64,000 bases of DNA from Pocillopora damicornis (GCF_003704095.1 NW_020844919.1:1-64000), one strand, 5' to 3'. Positions 11,950-25,753 are shown, numbered from the stretch's first letter. Notes: generated by a model from the letters alone, not told the origin. A program made the numbers and translations.

Positions 11950-13179
11950 TCACAAGGAATATGTCGGCCCAAATTTAATGCTCGATATCCCATGTACACC
12001 TCGGCTGCTTGCTGGCTGTGTCGAGCTATCTGCTCGATACAAAGATGGCTTCTGATTATGAGAGCAATTGTCTTGAGGTGGAAATCTTTCTTCACTGCGT
12101 TCAAATGACACGCCGACTTTGTTTCCGGCCAAAGTTCGTCGGGTGCTGTTCGCGGGTTCGTCCGTTGCAGTGTCTGCTTTGACATCGCTCGCGGTACCGT
12201 AAGATACCCACACCCTCAAAGGCGCTAAGATTCGCAGGTACTCCGCGCGGATGGAACGATTCATGATGCCATAGATGATGGGGTTCAGGGAGGTGCTAGC
12301 AAATCCAAAACAAGTGTAACTCACGTAAACTTGGCGTTTGAGTTTCCAGTCCGCGTTTATGAAGTCAATCATGTCGATAACCATCACAGGGGTCCAGCAA
12401 GTTAGAAAACCAATTACAACCACAAGGAGAATATAGGTAACCTTTACTTCGTCCACGGATAGAAGACTATCACTGCGATGGTTGAGCTGTCTTCGTTTTT
12501 GACTAAGTCGAAAGTTGAGGTTATGTTTTCGAACGGTGAAGAACACTTTGGTGTAACAAGTTATGATGATAATCAAAGGAATAAGCACATAAACGAGAAC
12601 CAAGTAAGCTCCATATCCCTGGTATAAGCTTTCAGCATTGTGCGCACAGAAAACTTTACCAGTGTGAAAGAAAAACTCGTGTCCGGAAACAACGTATGGA
12701 AGTGGCGCAAACAGAGCCAAGATCCACAAAATCGTGATTGTTACCTTTGTTGTCTTGATGTTAAAGTACTTTTGATACTGCGTGCGAGATCGAACAACAC
12801 GGAAGTATCTATTCACAGCAGTGACAGCTAAAGTTTGTAATGACACTGCACACATGAGAAGAATCCAGAAGCCTTGAAGCTGGCAGACAAAGTTGTTGAA
12901 AGGCCATTTTCCAACGATCAGAGAGGCGACTGAGAAAGGAATTCCCAGCAAAGACATCAAGAAGTCTGAGACAGCCAAAGTTATGATGTACATATTGGGA
13001 ACAGTCTTGCGAAGATTCGGGTTTTTGATGACAGCGATTCCAAGAAGAAGATTCCCAAAGAAAGAGAGGGAGTTGATAAACAACATGAAGAACGACTCTG
13101 TGGCCTGAATGACAGTCGATCGGCTTTTTAACTGCCAAGAAAAGACTTCAATTGTGGTCAGTGATGCGTTATCGCCCAT
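11950..13179 (-). CDS. Class A GPCR (melatonin-receptor-like, NRY motif), single coding exon, 409 aa from first ATG
   Basis: Seven hydrophobic segments with GN (TM1), LAVSD (TM2), C..QG...AVNRY (TM3), CWTP (TM6), NPIIYG (TM7). First in-frame ATG at 13179; the ORF track starts at TTG 13224. Probable 5'UTR intron ~13324-13669. Confidence 0.92.
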   Translation of the reverse strand: MGDNASLTTIEVFSWQLKSRSTVIQATESFFMLFINSLSFFGNLLLGIAVIKNPNLRKTVPNMYIITLAVSDFLMSLLGIPFSVASLIVGKWPFNNFVCQLQGFWILLMCAVSLQTLAVTAVNRYFRVVRSRTQYQKYFNIKTTKVTITILWILALFAPLPYVVSGHEFFFHTGKVFCAHNAESLYQGYGAYLVLVYVLIPLIIIITCYTKVFFTVRKHNLNFRLSQKRRQLNHRSDSLLSVDEVKVTYILLVVVIGFLTCWTPVMVIDMIDFINADWKLKRQVYVSYTCFGFASTSLNPIIYGIMNRSIRAEYLRILAPLRVWVSYGTASDVKADTATDEPANSTRRTLAGNKVGVSFERSEERFPPQDNCSHNQKPSLYRADSSTQPASSRGVHGISSIKFGPTYSL

Positions 13180-16100
13180 GGTTGTGGTCTGGTTGATCTC
13201 CGTGGTGTAATTGAAAGACTGCAAGACTCAGAGTCCCTGCCAAACGATCGTTTTGCTACCAAAGTTCATGATATGGTTAGGTGTCGCTGGATTTTTAACG
13301 CTTTCGTGATGTTTAGATGGGCCCTGATAAATAATTAAATAAAAAATGATAGTTTCGTCGCGGAAGTTTCACGAATATATCACCGAATTAATATGGATAG
13401 AGAGAACGAGCGAAAATTGAAAATTCGTGATAGTTTTGCTTTCGGATACGTACTTGTCATCAAATATCCTTTCTTGGGCGTTCACTTCTTTCGGATTTAC
13501 ACTCAAACTTTAACTGTTTGGAATGATTTTCATAATAGCTTAAACATCGTTTAGTTGTACAGGTTTTCCAGTCTTTTTACCGTTTTTCAGTTACAAAAGA
13601 GGAAAATTTTCCGAATTAAGCAGAGGCGGGCTGCAGGTGTCGTCAATGGAAGTGTGAAAGTAAACTCACCGTTTTTAAAAAGCTATGTTTCAGCTTTTGT
13701 CAACACAGCCGACAATGTTTGCTTGTAACTCAAACGAATCGTGGCTCTTAAATGTGAGCGAGCGGTATCAGATTCCTTCCGCGACTAATGCAATATATGT
13801 CTAGAAAAGGCTCAAATACATTTTGCAAAACATCATATCTACCAATTTGATAAGTCATCTTGGAAATATTCTGCTTGATAATTCGTGACCTATGTTAGTA
13901 AGTTTTGTCTCTGTTTGTTTTATTGGGGAAATGTTATTTACTTTTTGCAAAAACATTTCCTCACTTATAAAAATGAAAGTAATTCGACATTTATTTTTTC
14001 ACGTCTGTTCCAACACTGATTCCGATTGAGCAATTCATTAGCAAAACCGAAATGTAGAACTTTATGATTTCTCATAAAAGCCTCCCTAATTATCAGTTGG
14101 TTTTTTTTTTTGTAAAGTTGTCATCAAGTTTTCTTTCAACGCGGAGATGAAGGTGGAAAAATAACACGACAAACAGTCATGCTTTTCAAAGGTACTTTCT
14201 GAACAATACCTTTCCGTCAACTGTGCCAAGATTGCAGGAAACACTCGAAATGTTCCTTTAAAATTCATACTGGTTAATTTTGAAAGCACTTAGTTTATCA
14301 TGCAAGATGTCAAAGTTGTCGGAGACTTACATTGATCACTTTGAAGAACAGGGAGGACAAATCTTGATTAATAAAACATTTCAAATGATAACCGCAAGAA
14401 TTGTGTTCACTGAGCCAAACGGGACTCAGTTTTTGCATTGTCAGATGAGTCAAATGTTGAAATTCTTTCTAGAACACTCGGCCAAAACAAACATTCCGTA
14501 TTCGGCGGGGTTGAATCACCCACAAATTTCAATGAACGTGCATTTAACTTGAACGGCTTTGTGTGATTCCACAAGTTCTAATTATCTTGCATCCTTTCCT
14601 ACAGACAGTAATTGTCGTTTTTTTAATAAAAGAAACCTGAATATATAACGCTTTCATTTATCAGTATTAGACAGGTTGCTAATTAACTACAACACGCCGG
14701 TCTTTCATTTACCCAGAAGCACGTTGCGGTAAATAATGAAAAGGTTATTCGTTTTTCTAAGCCCTGTGACCGACTAATTTCTTTCCTGGATTATTCCGCA
14801 ATTGATTCGACCAACAATCCGCAATCCAACCTGCAAACTACTCACGCGCCGGTCGGAAATGTTTTTGCCTTCCTTCTCACAGCGGGAAATTGCAGCGTAC
14901 GTAGGGAAATTGAAATGGCGCCATTTTGGCTTTGAATTGTGTGTAGTTTACCGCTCCACTTTTTTTATGTTTTACAAAAGTCACTTTTAATAATTATAAA
15001 ATTGCTTGTATTTATGCCAGCGTATTTCGTTTCTTCGCGTTCTTCAAACAGGTTTGTTTTTTGGTAATGGTTAACAATGTGAATGAATGATCAGCACGGT
15101 GAGCCTATCGCTAGTCCATTCCTAATTCAAGTGTATCGCTTTAAAAAGAACTCGAAAGAGAACCGCAACACGCATCTTGTATCCGCTCGTGTTTCGTGTT
15201 TGGGGCATGGCTCTCTTGGTTTCATCTAAAGAAGTTATTTGGTCTTATGAGGGGCCAAAACGACAGGCTTCTGCGGAGCCGGTTAGATCATGATGAGTTA
15301 TATTATTTATCTTTTGGTCATCCCATCCCCTTGCCTAAGGGGTGCCAGCTTTGAATGCATTCCGCTCTGACAACTTCTTTATTTTTGTTTTGGAGGCTGC
15401 GCAGGATGATTAGCAACGTGTTCTCAATAAGATTTTTCTTAAGAGAATCGAATTATTTTCCGTGATCACTTTCGATTGAGAAATCTCCCTTACCTCACGT
15501 GCTGTAACTCCAGAAACCAAATGGGAAATTATAGTATATATTAGTATATATTAGTATAGTCGCGTACCGCTTTTACTTTTCTTCTTTGTTTCGTTTCGAT
15601 GCTAAGAAAAGCCAAAATTCATCGCAACACTATTTGGATTGATTCTTTTAAGTAAACAAGTTAATTTCTTTCCCTGAAAAAAAAAATTTAATTCGGTGAC
15701 TAAGGGAAATTCTGATTCAATGTGAACGACACATTTTCGGAGCTAATTGGGATTATTCCAGAGGACGGTAGATCTTGGCAATATTACAAACTGGCATGGT
15801 GCCGAATAACACTGTCACATTCTTAAAACCTGGAGTCTAAAATATTAATTGCGCAAAGTCATCACTAGATCTCGCCGGAAATATCCAAATCGTAGACGTG
15901 TCGTGAAAAAGCGTAATTTTCAATGTGACGATTATATTTACGTCTGTATGCCAAGTTCCTGTTTAGTTTTTGTGGTTAAGCAAAACAGTTATATATCCCG
16001 CTTGCGAAAGGCGATGACATTTTCAACATTTATGTCATTGTATCAATTTGTTTGCCTAATCTTCTTCAAATATTGTTTTCTTTATTAGTGTCTGGTCGTT

Positions 16101-17335
16101 GTGTCGTGGAAGCCTAATCGTTGTCAGCATTTAGGACAGATTCCTGGCAAGGTTGCTTTCGATTTGCCATGTCTTAAAGCTCTCTTTCAGTCGAGCGAAA
16201 AACGTGGCTGGAACATTACGTTTTGAAGCATCATAAATTTAGATGTATTTTACTTGGCAAATTTCGCTTTTCAAAGTAAATAGACTTAACTCCAGGTCTT
16301 GATCAAATTATGAAGATGTTTAGTGATGATTCCGTCTACGAATAAGGAAGGGCCATTTAATTAGCAATTGAAAACCAATGTTTGGACGCTGCAGTTGACC
16401 TGAATTTTGAATCACTAAACTCGCACCACCCTCTTCATTTTCCAAACACATCCTCCCAAAAACGCTGTAAATCCAATCGCAACCTGATCCCAAGCGTTCT
16501 TTCGCGCTTGAGACAGTTTGATGCTTTTGAGTATAAATTCTCTCTCTCTCAACTTTTGTAAATTCACAGCACAGCGACAACAACGCATAAAATTAATCCT
16601 GAATTTTTAGTTGATGTCAAATACCTTAAAAAGGCTTGACCGAACCTTTAAATAATAACAGAGATCGAAAACTATTATTGTTTCGTGATGCCCTGTCTTA
16701 CAGTCACCTTGTTTTGAACATTATTTTTAATTTGCCCGGAAGCTTTTCCTTCCCCCGTGACCTTGTATGTAGGTCCTCAGCCTCTTCTATTGGCCCATTA
16801 AATTCATCTTGAGAATTCATGAGTCCAGTTAGAACTTAGGACCGTAATTTTTAAGACACTAATGTACTCAAAAGCAACTACTTCAGAGTTATTCAACATG
16901 GAAACTTCAATTTCAGTCTTAATTTTTTTTGACAAAATTGAAGTACACCAGCCATCACACATGCGCAGCACCAGAACTTTAAAAGTTCTTGATGCCAAAG
17001 AAATATTTCATTTTCGTTTTCGAAAGTTTTGGTTTCTGCGGTTGTGTGGAATGCGGCTAATATAAACCACAGTAACGCATTTTTTAATATTGTCGATAAA
17101 AAAATCTGCATAGAATGTTTGGGTTCATTATTCCGTAGCTTTCAGGAAGAAGAGTGGGCAGGCGTAAATTTGTAATCACCGTGAAACCACGAGGACGATT
17201 CACTGCAGACGAGTTGTTAACAAGGTGTTAAATCTCTCAATAATTCATCGGAATTGTAACATTTATTTGAAATCGAAGATTACAAACATCTGCTGATCAC
17301 GAAAGTGGACAACCTTTATACCTACTCAGTCTAAA

Positions 17336-18316
17336 ATGAATGCAACACTGAACGCAATTGAAATATTCGCCCGCCAGTTACAAGACCGTTCTCCTACAAG
17401 TCAAGCCACAGAGTCGTTGTTCATGTTGTTGATCAACTTTGTTTCCTTTGCTGGAAATCTTCTGCTCGGAATCGCTGTCATCAGAAACCCAAATCTTCGC
17501 AGCACTGTTCCCAACATGTACATCATAACTCTGGCTGTCTCAGACTTCCTGATGTCTTTGCTGGGAATTCCGTTCTCAGTCGCTTCTCTAATCGTTGGAA
17601 AATGGCCGCTCAGCAACTTTTTCTGTCAGCTTCAAGGTTTCTGGATTCTTCTTATGTGTGCCGTTTCGTTAGAAACTTTAGCTGTCACTGCCGTCAACAG
17701 ATATGTTCGTGTCACCCGATCCCGCGCGCTATATCAAAAACTCTTCAGCCTAAAGAAAACGAAGATAACAATCGCGATTTTGTGGATCCTGGCATTGTTT
17801 GCGCCCCTTCCATACATCGTTTCTGGTCACGAGTTTTTCTTTCACGCTGGTAAAGTTTTCTGCGCGCACGATTTAGAAAGTTTGAATCAAGGATATGGGG
17901 CTTATTTGGTTCTTGTTTACGTGGCTATTCCACTAATGATCATCGTTATTTGTTACACAAAAGTATTTATAGCGGTGCGCAAACATAACCTTCAACGCAG
18001 GCAACGAAGGAGGCAAATGGACCTGCGATCCGACAGTGGGCTATCTGTCGAAGAAGTGAACATTACAAACATTCTCCTTGTGGTTGTAATAGGTTTTCTA
18101 GGCTGCTGGACTCCCGTATTGGTGATTGATATAATCGATTTTATAAACGCGGATTGGAAACTAAAACGGCAAGTGTATGTGAGTTACACTTGTTTTGGAT
18201 TTTCCAGCTCTTCGTTAAACCCCATCATATACGGTATCATGAATCGTTCAATTCGAGCGGAGTACTTCAGAATTTTTAAAACCTTGAAGAATTTTGTTTT
18301 TAGACAAAAGAAGTAA
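17336..18316 (+). CDS. Class A GPCR (melatonin-receptor-like, NRY motif), 326 aa, paralogue of the minus-strand receptor
   Basis: Same 7TM motifs; long stretches identical in amino acids to 11950-13179, e.g. TVPNMYIITLAVSDFLMSLLGIPFSVASLIVGKWP and IDFINADWKLKRQVYVSYTCFGF. Confidence 0.94.
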   Translation: MNATLNAIEIFARQLQDRSPTSQATESLFMLLINFVSFAGNLLLGIAVIRNPNLRSTVPNMYIITLAVSDFLMSLLGIPFSVASLIVGKWPLSNFFCQLQGFWILLMCAVSLETLAVTAVNRYVRVTRSRALYQKLFSLKKTKITIAILWILALFAPLPYIVSGHEFFFHAGKVFCAHDLESLNQGYGAYLVLVYVAIPLMIIVICYTKVFIAVRKHNLQRRQRRRQMDLRSDSGLSVEEVNITNILLVVVIGFLGCWTPVLVIDIIDFINADWKLKRQVYVSYTCFGFSSSSLNPIIYGIMNRSIRAEYFRIFKTLKNFVFRQKK

Positions 18317-20064
18317 TCCAGTGGTAGATATAAAGAAGGTTTTGGAGAAGGTCTCCTCCTTCCCCTTTCGCCCTTTTTTTATAAACCAATACCTAAAAAT
18401 ACAAGACCGAGGCGACAAGATATTTCTCAAACTTATTTTGGAAATAAGGAACTTCCTCTTCCTAGTGATTCTTGCAAACAGAAGATCAGAAAAGTAAAAT
18501 AAAACGTAATTATATACATTATACTTTCGTTTATTAAATCAAGGAGGTGTAGCTTTTCTTCATTTAGTCATTTGTCGGCATAGCACAGTTAAACAAACAG
18601 AATAAAAAATAAGCATTATCACAGAACTGATTTAAGATATAATCAGAGGCTTGTTTACTGAATTATTTTCTACCTAGGACATGGAAAAAGGAATAAAAAC
18701 ACAGCAAACTCTCTCTTGAAATTATTTCAACTCTGGCCTAGAATTAACTTCTTTCAGTTTACTCCCGTTAGTATCATGAACTGTTGCCTCAAACTGAATG
18801 TACACTCAGCGCAAAAGGCCGATATTCTTCTGAGGTTATGCGAGCCAGACACAAGACAGGAAAAAGTTGAATAGCTTTCAATATTGGCCTTGTTCCTAAG
18901 GTTGTATCTATCACGTTATTTTAAGATCATTTGTGAACTAAAAATACATTTTCCGCCCTGGTCTTTGTGGCGAGTTCTTCCACCTTATGCGAAGAGTTCT
19001 GCCACAAGTAGAAAGTATAGTATACTAGGGGATTTACACTTTTTCGACAACAAATCATAAGTCTATTTAACTTATCCTATAAGTACGAAATCAGGTATTA
19101 CGCTTGAGAGCTTTTTGAAAATATGCCCAACGAAGGATGCCATGCTTTCATAACATCACGCACGTTAACGGAAATATCTGAAAGCGGTCAGTTGTTTTGT
19201 GGTTACAACTAGTACTGAACACACACGGTTCCAGTCCCCCCCTCACTCCATCTCAGCCAGTCATAAGGATAATTTGGTTTAATCTTGTAATACCTCCCAC
19301 CCACCCCACCCCCCGATGCAGCGCCATAGTTTCTTTATTCTTGATAATGTAAATTGGCTTTCGTGTATAGTTTCTAGAGCTAACGGTTCGAGCGTGAGCC
19401 TTACAACTAGCAATTGTTCCCTCATGTTGGAATGAATATTTCTGAATAATATTTGACAGGAGCACATGGTGGGCTCCTCTACTTGATATGAAGTCAAGGG
19501 GATTGTTCAATAATATTCACTCAGCCTGAGGAAAAATAATGGAGTTATATCAGGCATCAGGCATCTGGCATCTGCGTTGCTCACCTGTGTGACAGATTTC
19601 TCGTTCCCAGATCTCTTTAGTTCTCATTGGCTGCGGTTTCTTTCGAAAATGAATGCGCTTGAAGAAATCGAATTATGCGCAGAGCGCCATCTTGCGGAAG
19701 ACCGGTATACGAATTTGTACCTGTTTGGGTCCTTGTTTCTTGGGTCAAGTTGGACTGTTTCTCGAGTTTAGAATTCAGAACAGGAGTGAATTGTCTGAGG
19801 AGACAGAGGTGAGTGTTTTTCTGTTTGAATTATTATCCTAAACATACTTAATCATCATTTGATGACAGCTGTAGGAGTCGCCCCACATGATCGATAGGTG
19901 CCACGATATATTCGAATAATTTCGAGTGTTTTACTTCTTTAGATCGTTTTTCACGGATTGCAGGGACTCTCCTGCAAGGGTTAAAGTGGATTTACTTATG
20001 TATAGAAGCACCTCCAGTTGACCGAGGGTGAAAGATTAGGTTGGTTCACTGTGACTGGAAAAAA

Positions 20065-22405
20065 ATGCCATCCACTGTGAATAATTTCAACATCAGAGAC
20101 GTATGGAAAAACAACATGGAAGAAGAGTTCGCTAAAATAAGAGATGTAGTTGAAAACTATCCTTATGTAGCCATGGTAAGAGTAAAATATTTCGTTTTAA
20201 CCTTTGTTGGAGTAAATTGCTTTAAAAGTGAATCATTCCGGTGGTTAACATCATCAAATAGTACAAAGGCCTTTGAGTTAAGTATTGGTGAGCTCTTATT
20301 GTTTATTTCTTGACTGATAGAGGAAAGCTTGCATAGTTAATAGAATTGTTTTTACCTGACAATGCAAATTAACTAGACAAGCTTAATTGTACTTGTTTTT
20401 TTGATGGTAGGACACAGAATTTCCAGGTGTTGTGGCAAGGCCTATAGGAGAGTTTCGCAGCACTTCAGAGTATCAGTATCAACTTCTAAGGTGTAATGTG
20501 GACTTATTGAAAATCATTCAACTTGGCTTATCCTTTTACAATGAGAAAGGACAACAAGCACCTGTTGGAGCCACTTGCCAGTTTAACTTCAAGTTTAACC
20601 TAACGTAAGTTTTATTCTGCGCAACTGTGAAACAAATCACAGATGCAAACAGCACAGAAAATGTTCAACACAAGCTTGAATATTTCTTGAGTAAGGCCTG
20701 CTTATCTCAACCCATGAGAAGAAGTGGGTTGAGATAAACACAGATGGGTACCTCTGGTGGCAGAGGAACAATAAGCACCTGGGCTTCAGAAACTCTGGCA
20801 AACTATAGAAGTGTGATCCACTTAGCACATGAACTAGGTTTTTTTTTTCAATTATCAGAATTCTTGTTTCAAAATTTAAAGAGCTTGAAAATATTCTGAT
20901 GTAGTTTGTGGCTGTCAGAAACCAAACATAATAGGTCTAAACTTTGCAAACGCACCAGTTTAACAGTATTTATTCAATTGATTTTACAAATATTTACCAC
21001 AGAGAGGACATGTATGCCCAGGACTCAATAGATTTACTCAACCGAGCAGGTATCCAGTTTAAAAGGCATGAAGAAGAAGGAATTGATGTGAATGACTTTG
21101 CAGAGCTTCTGATAACATCAGGACTTGTTCTGAATGAAGATGTCAAATGGCTATCATTTCACAGGTAAATATTACTAAAGACATGCCGGGTGGGAAATAA
21201 GTTTCTTTGCTCAGTATTGCATACTTTTCTCATATTTAAAGGTGTACAAGGTTTTCTTTTATGGAACATTATGTTTTAAAACTCATATTTTGATAACATT
21301 GAGTCTTCCATAGAGAAAGATATTTTCCTTTATGTTATTCAACATTTCCTTCTCTTCCATTCTGATTTTGTGGCTAAATTTTTTCACCAGTGGTTATGAT
21401 TTTGCATACCTGTTGAAAGTGGTGACAGCACAAAATTTGCCAAGCGAAGAATCAGAATTCTTTGACCTACTGAAGATCTACTTTCCAAATATTTATGATG
21501 TTAAATACTTAATGAAGAGTTGCAAGAGTCTTAAGGGTGGCTTGCAGGAAGTGGCTGAACTGTTAGAGGTAAAGTTATAACTTACAATTCATCATAGCTC
21601 AATCAAATTGTAGCAATTATTATAATCTCATTAGTAAGCCTTCTTGGGATCTTTATATATATATATATTTCCAACCATCTCTTGAGTGATGGGAGATAAT
21701 AGAGATGGTGTTTGTCTGAAACTTAATCAGAGGTAAAACTCTAAGGTTTTTAATGATATTACAAAAGGTAGCTGATAACATTTGACAAATTGGTATTATT
21801 CATTTTGCTTTGAGTGTGATATAAGGGAAAAGATCAGTGTACCCATGAAGAATCAACCCTAAACATCCAATTGTGATGCTGTACCACCCAGTGGTAGAAT
21901 ATTGGAGAGTGGTGTGCGAAAATTTTGAAGTTGTGTGTATCAGTTTCTGGGATTTAATTTTCAACAAAAGGACAAGTCTTGAGAAAAATAGAACAATAAA
22001 GTACCCATGCAAATACTTGATAGATATAAAAACCAAGTCTATATTTTAGCTTTTTTTTCATTTCTTATAGCTTGAAAGAGTGGGACCCCAGCACCAAGCA
22101 GGAAGTGACAGTCTATTAACAGGAAATGCATTTTTTAGAATGAGAGAGGTATATCATTATATGTTTATTTTGGAGTTGTCGCCCTTGTTTTACTGAGGAC
22201 AGTATCTGATTAGAACAGGTAAAGAATTTCAATTTAACCATTTTAATAATTTTTCTATGCATTTTGTATCCTACAGATGTTTTTTGAAGATAATATAGAT
22301 GATGCAAAGTACTGTGGACACCTTTATGGGTTGGGAACATCATATGTGAATGGAGGACAAGCATACAGTGGGCCAACTTCCAACAATAATTCCAATTCAT
22401 CCTGA
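20065..22405 (+). CDS. CNOT7: CCR4-NOT deadenylase subunit CAF1 (CNOT7/8), 6 coding exons, 283 aa
   Basis: Exons 20065-20175, 20411-20604, 21003-21164, 21391-21568, 22071-22148, 22277-22405 (852 nt). Motifs: [81 protein letters not shown]. Non-coding first exon ends at donor 19808. Confidence 0.96.
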
Positions 22406-23726
22406 TGCTGGCTACTGTACACTGCTTCATGCAGCTTTCAATTCAACAGGTTGTAAATCTGCATTTTAACTAGGCACCCAAATGTTCTTTTCCTTTGGGG
22501 AATCTTAATGAGATTTTTAACTGTTCCTAAGTTACAAGATGCTTTGCTAGGGTCCATATCCTTTTCATCAGTTGAAGATTTTTTAAGAAGATCAGTTTAC
22601 TAAAGATAAAAACTGTACAGTTCTGTTAAACAACCTCTATGAACCAGCAATCAGATAAGTGCATTTATTTGGAACTCCTAAAAACTGATAGGTCAGGGTG
22701 TTTCAAAGTTTGAGAAATAGAAAGTCTAAGGCCCAAGAAACAGGTTTGTTTGAAACTTCCTTCTTTTGCTTCAATGAGACAACTTATCTACTCAAAAAAG
22801 TAGCAAAACTGAATTGAGCTTATCACTTGTTGAACTCTCAAGACATTTTTTGTGCAGTTTTTAATACAATGACACTGTAGATATTTAGTATTTTTATGGT
22901 AAGATTTTCATGTAGAAAAATTTGACAGGAGTAAGGACAGTGGCAAGTATAGTTATGCTGGAGAACTGATTAAAATCTTTTTAAAGTTATTTTTAGATTT
23001 AACATGATCATTGTAAAAGATAGATATATATTGCTCTTTATGCATGCTTAAGTGTACATTCATTTTAGGATTGGATTGTGTTAGATTCCCTTTTGCCTTT
23101 TCCCTTTTTGTGTTTATTGTACTTGCTGTTTAGATTTGATGGGCAAGCACAATGAAGCCAATGTGTATGGATTTGAAACAATTTCAAATAATTTTACAGT
23201 GAATGCAGGATTTGGTTCTTCACAAAAACCTAGTGATTATCCAACAATTTAAAGCAACATCTTCTAAAGCAAAACAACAACAACAACAAAAGGAAACAGA
23301 GTAATCTTTTTTAGGTCATGATATGTCCACCTTTTTTCACCTTCATGGAAAACATGGAACATGGTGAGATGATTAAATAGTAACTTGAAACAACCCTCCT
23401 ACAAATCAAGCAAGTCTTAAAGTCTTTACCTTGGAAGTGCTCGGTTGGAATCTAACAGTTTTTACACTAGTGTAAAAAGGTTTGTTCATTGCTAAAGCAT
23501 GCATTTATAAATATATATATCGAGTCTTGTAAGTAGTACTATAAGAAATTTTGCAACTAAAGAAAATTATTAAAGTTAAATGTTATGGTAATGATGCAAG
23601 GAAATCCTGACTCTGTTTGGTTGTTTTGATTATTAAATTTATTTATATTATTGAATCACCTAACTTTTGTGGGAAATCTTTGAATCCTAAGGAGTTTGAG
23701 CCAATTGGAACACATTTCATTATTGC

Positions 23727-23982
23727 AAGGGTAAATCTCCACCCCATATCAACTTTTTTTTCATTACAATCACCACAGGCCTGTAACCTTTATATGAAAG
23801 GTGTTTCCTCTAGGCCTAACTCACTTTAGAAAGGTCTCCTTTTCAAACATCTCACTATTCTAAGGGTAAATCTCCACTCCATATCAAGTTTTTTTTCATC
23901 TACCATTTATACAATCACTGCAGGCCTGTAGATTTTAGAGGGAAGACATTTCCTTTAAGACTAACTTACTTTGGAAAGGTCT
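23727..23982. repeat. Diverged tandem duplication, two ~115-bp units
   Basis: AAGGGTAAATCTCCAC.CCATATCAA...TACAATCAC..CAGGCCTGTA...CTAACT.ACTTT.GAAAGGTCTC at 23727-23838 and 23862-23982. Confidence 0.8.
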
Positions 23983-25753
23983 CTTTGTCTCAGTGGTAGA
24001 CCATTGAAGCCTTGCCTTAGATTTAGCTCACCATCACTCTGATGGTTGTTTCTGGAATCTGGTGGCACTGATGTTGTGCTTGAATTTGAGAAAGTAATAC
24101 TTAAAGTGAAACCTTACTTCAAGTAGCATTGGAAAGTGAGTGGGGATTGGAAATGTTTCTTAGTATTGAAATTGAAGTTTCAAGCTCTTAATGGCTTTTT
24201 ACTGTACAAAAGGAACAATGCTGAAAAATAAATAAAAGAAAGGAGTTTTAGTTGGAGAGTAGGTAAAAAGGGTATGGCATTCTGGCTGCCAACACCATTT
24301 TTTCAGTGCTAAGTAAATTTAGACAGCAACAAGTGTTCCCAATTATGGTTATTCAGTTCCTCTGGCAAATTTATTGGCATGAGCACATCACCCACATTGA
24401 AAGCCAAGCATGAAGTTACTGGATCTTGTTCTTGAAGGTTGTGTCTTCATTACTACCATTAACTATTCATTAACACCATTTTGCACTAAAAAATCTTTAT
24501 TTACAATCACTTATTCTGAAGTTCAACCCATACACTATAAACTGACAAGACTATAAAGCAAGGTAGAATGCTAATGTAAGATTGTGCTTGACAAGGCAAC
24601 ATTTTACAACAATGACAACAGAACAAAAACAAACTATAGCTTAAGTAACACATGCAATGAACATTTTTGTTGATCATACAAATCCAAAACTAACAAAAAG
24701 CATCCTTTACAAATTTGTACAAGATTACAATGACAACATTACATGTCATACCTAACTCAAAGCAGTCTCTTTCTGGGTATTTCACTGGGAAATTAATTCT
24801 TTAAATCCACGATTAACAGTTTTTTCTCTTTCTAATACCAAATACAACTGTAAACTTACTCTTTTCAAGCTCCCAAGATTCATTTCTGTATGTGAATGAA
24901 TCTAGGTCCCTAGCTTAGACTGTCAGACTGAGCATCATACATTTTTAAGTATCCTGCACACTACATGCATAATTGATGCCTTGCCTGTGCAATAGAAAAG
25001 AGGAAGCTCTATTTGTATTACCAATTCATTTCTTTCCTTCCCTTGTTTAAGCAATTGCCTAGACATGGTCTGTTTATTTTCATATTATTAGTAATTGCAC
25101 TTTTGGAAGTATGTCATGTTTCATCAGTTGTCCCTCTTATCTCCAAAGTAGATTCAGTGTGCATGACCTCAGTAGCAATTTGCAAGAAAAGTGAACAAAT
25201 TAATGATTTCAGTCTCAAGTATTCCTATAATCCTAAACTTATAACAAAACCACAAACACTTCAACTTTTGAAATTCCTCAAAATCTTTAACCCTTTGATC
25301 CCTAAGATGGCTCAACATTTTAATTCTCCTTACAATGTCATCCCTGAATCAAACATTATAGCCATGAGAATAAAGGAAACAATCAGCAACCTAAGAGTCC
25401 CTTGATTTTTAAACAATTTGTCATCAGCATTTTAGGAAATGTAAACAGAACAGTATGGAGGACATGCATACTGATGCTGGGGTTTCAAGTAAAACAAATA
25501 TCTTCCCACTTAAATGTGTTCATCCTTGAGTACCCACTGTCGGGGCATGCTGCATCTGTGCATCAGGGTTGTCAAAAATGTTAATGATTAACTGGGCTTG
25601 TCAACAAAGTAGTGATACATAAACAATGTGCTTCCATGCTAAACATTGAGCTGCAATCATTCAGAAAAGTCAACACATTTTTTCAGGGTAGAGGGTGAAA
25701 TGTGCCAGATGCAAACTTATTTTGACAACCCAGGTGCATAAACTATGTACACA

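Noticed and set aside
12893-13108. Similar antisense ORFs in both GPCRs (also 17401-17616)
   Set aside because: The similarity simply mirrors the conserved sense-strand coding sequence.
11950-18316. Opsin identity for the two GPCRs
   Set aside because: TM7 (CFGFASTSLNPIIY / CFGFSSSSLNPIIY) lacks the retinal-binding Lys.
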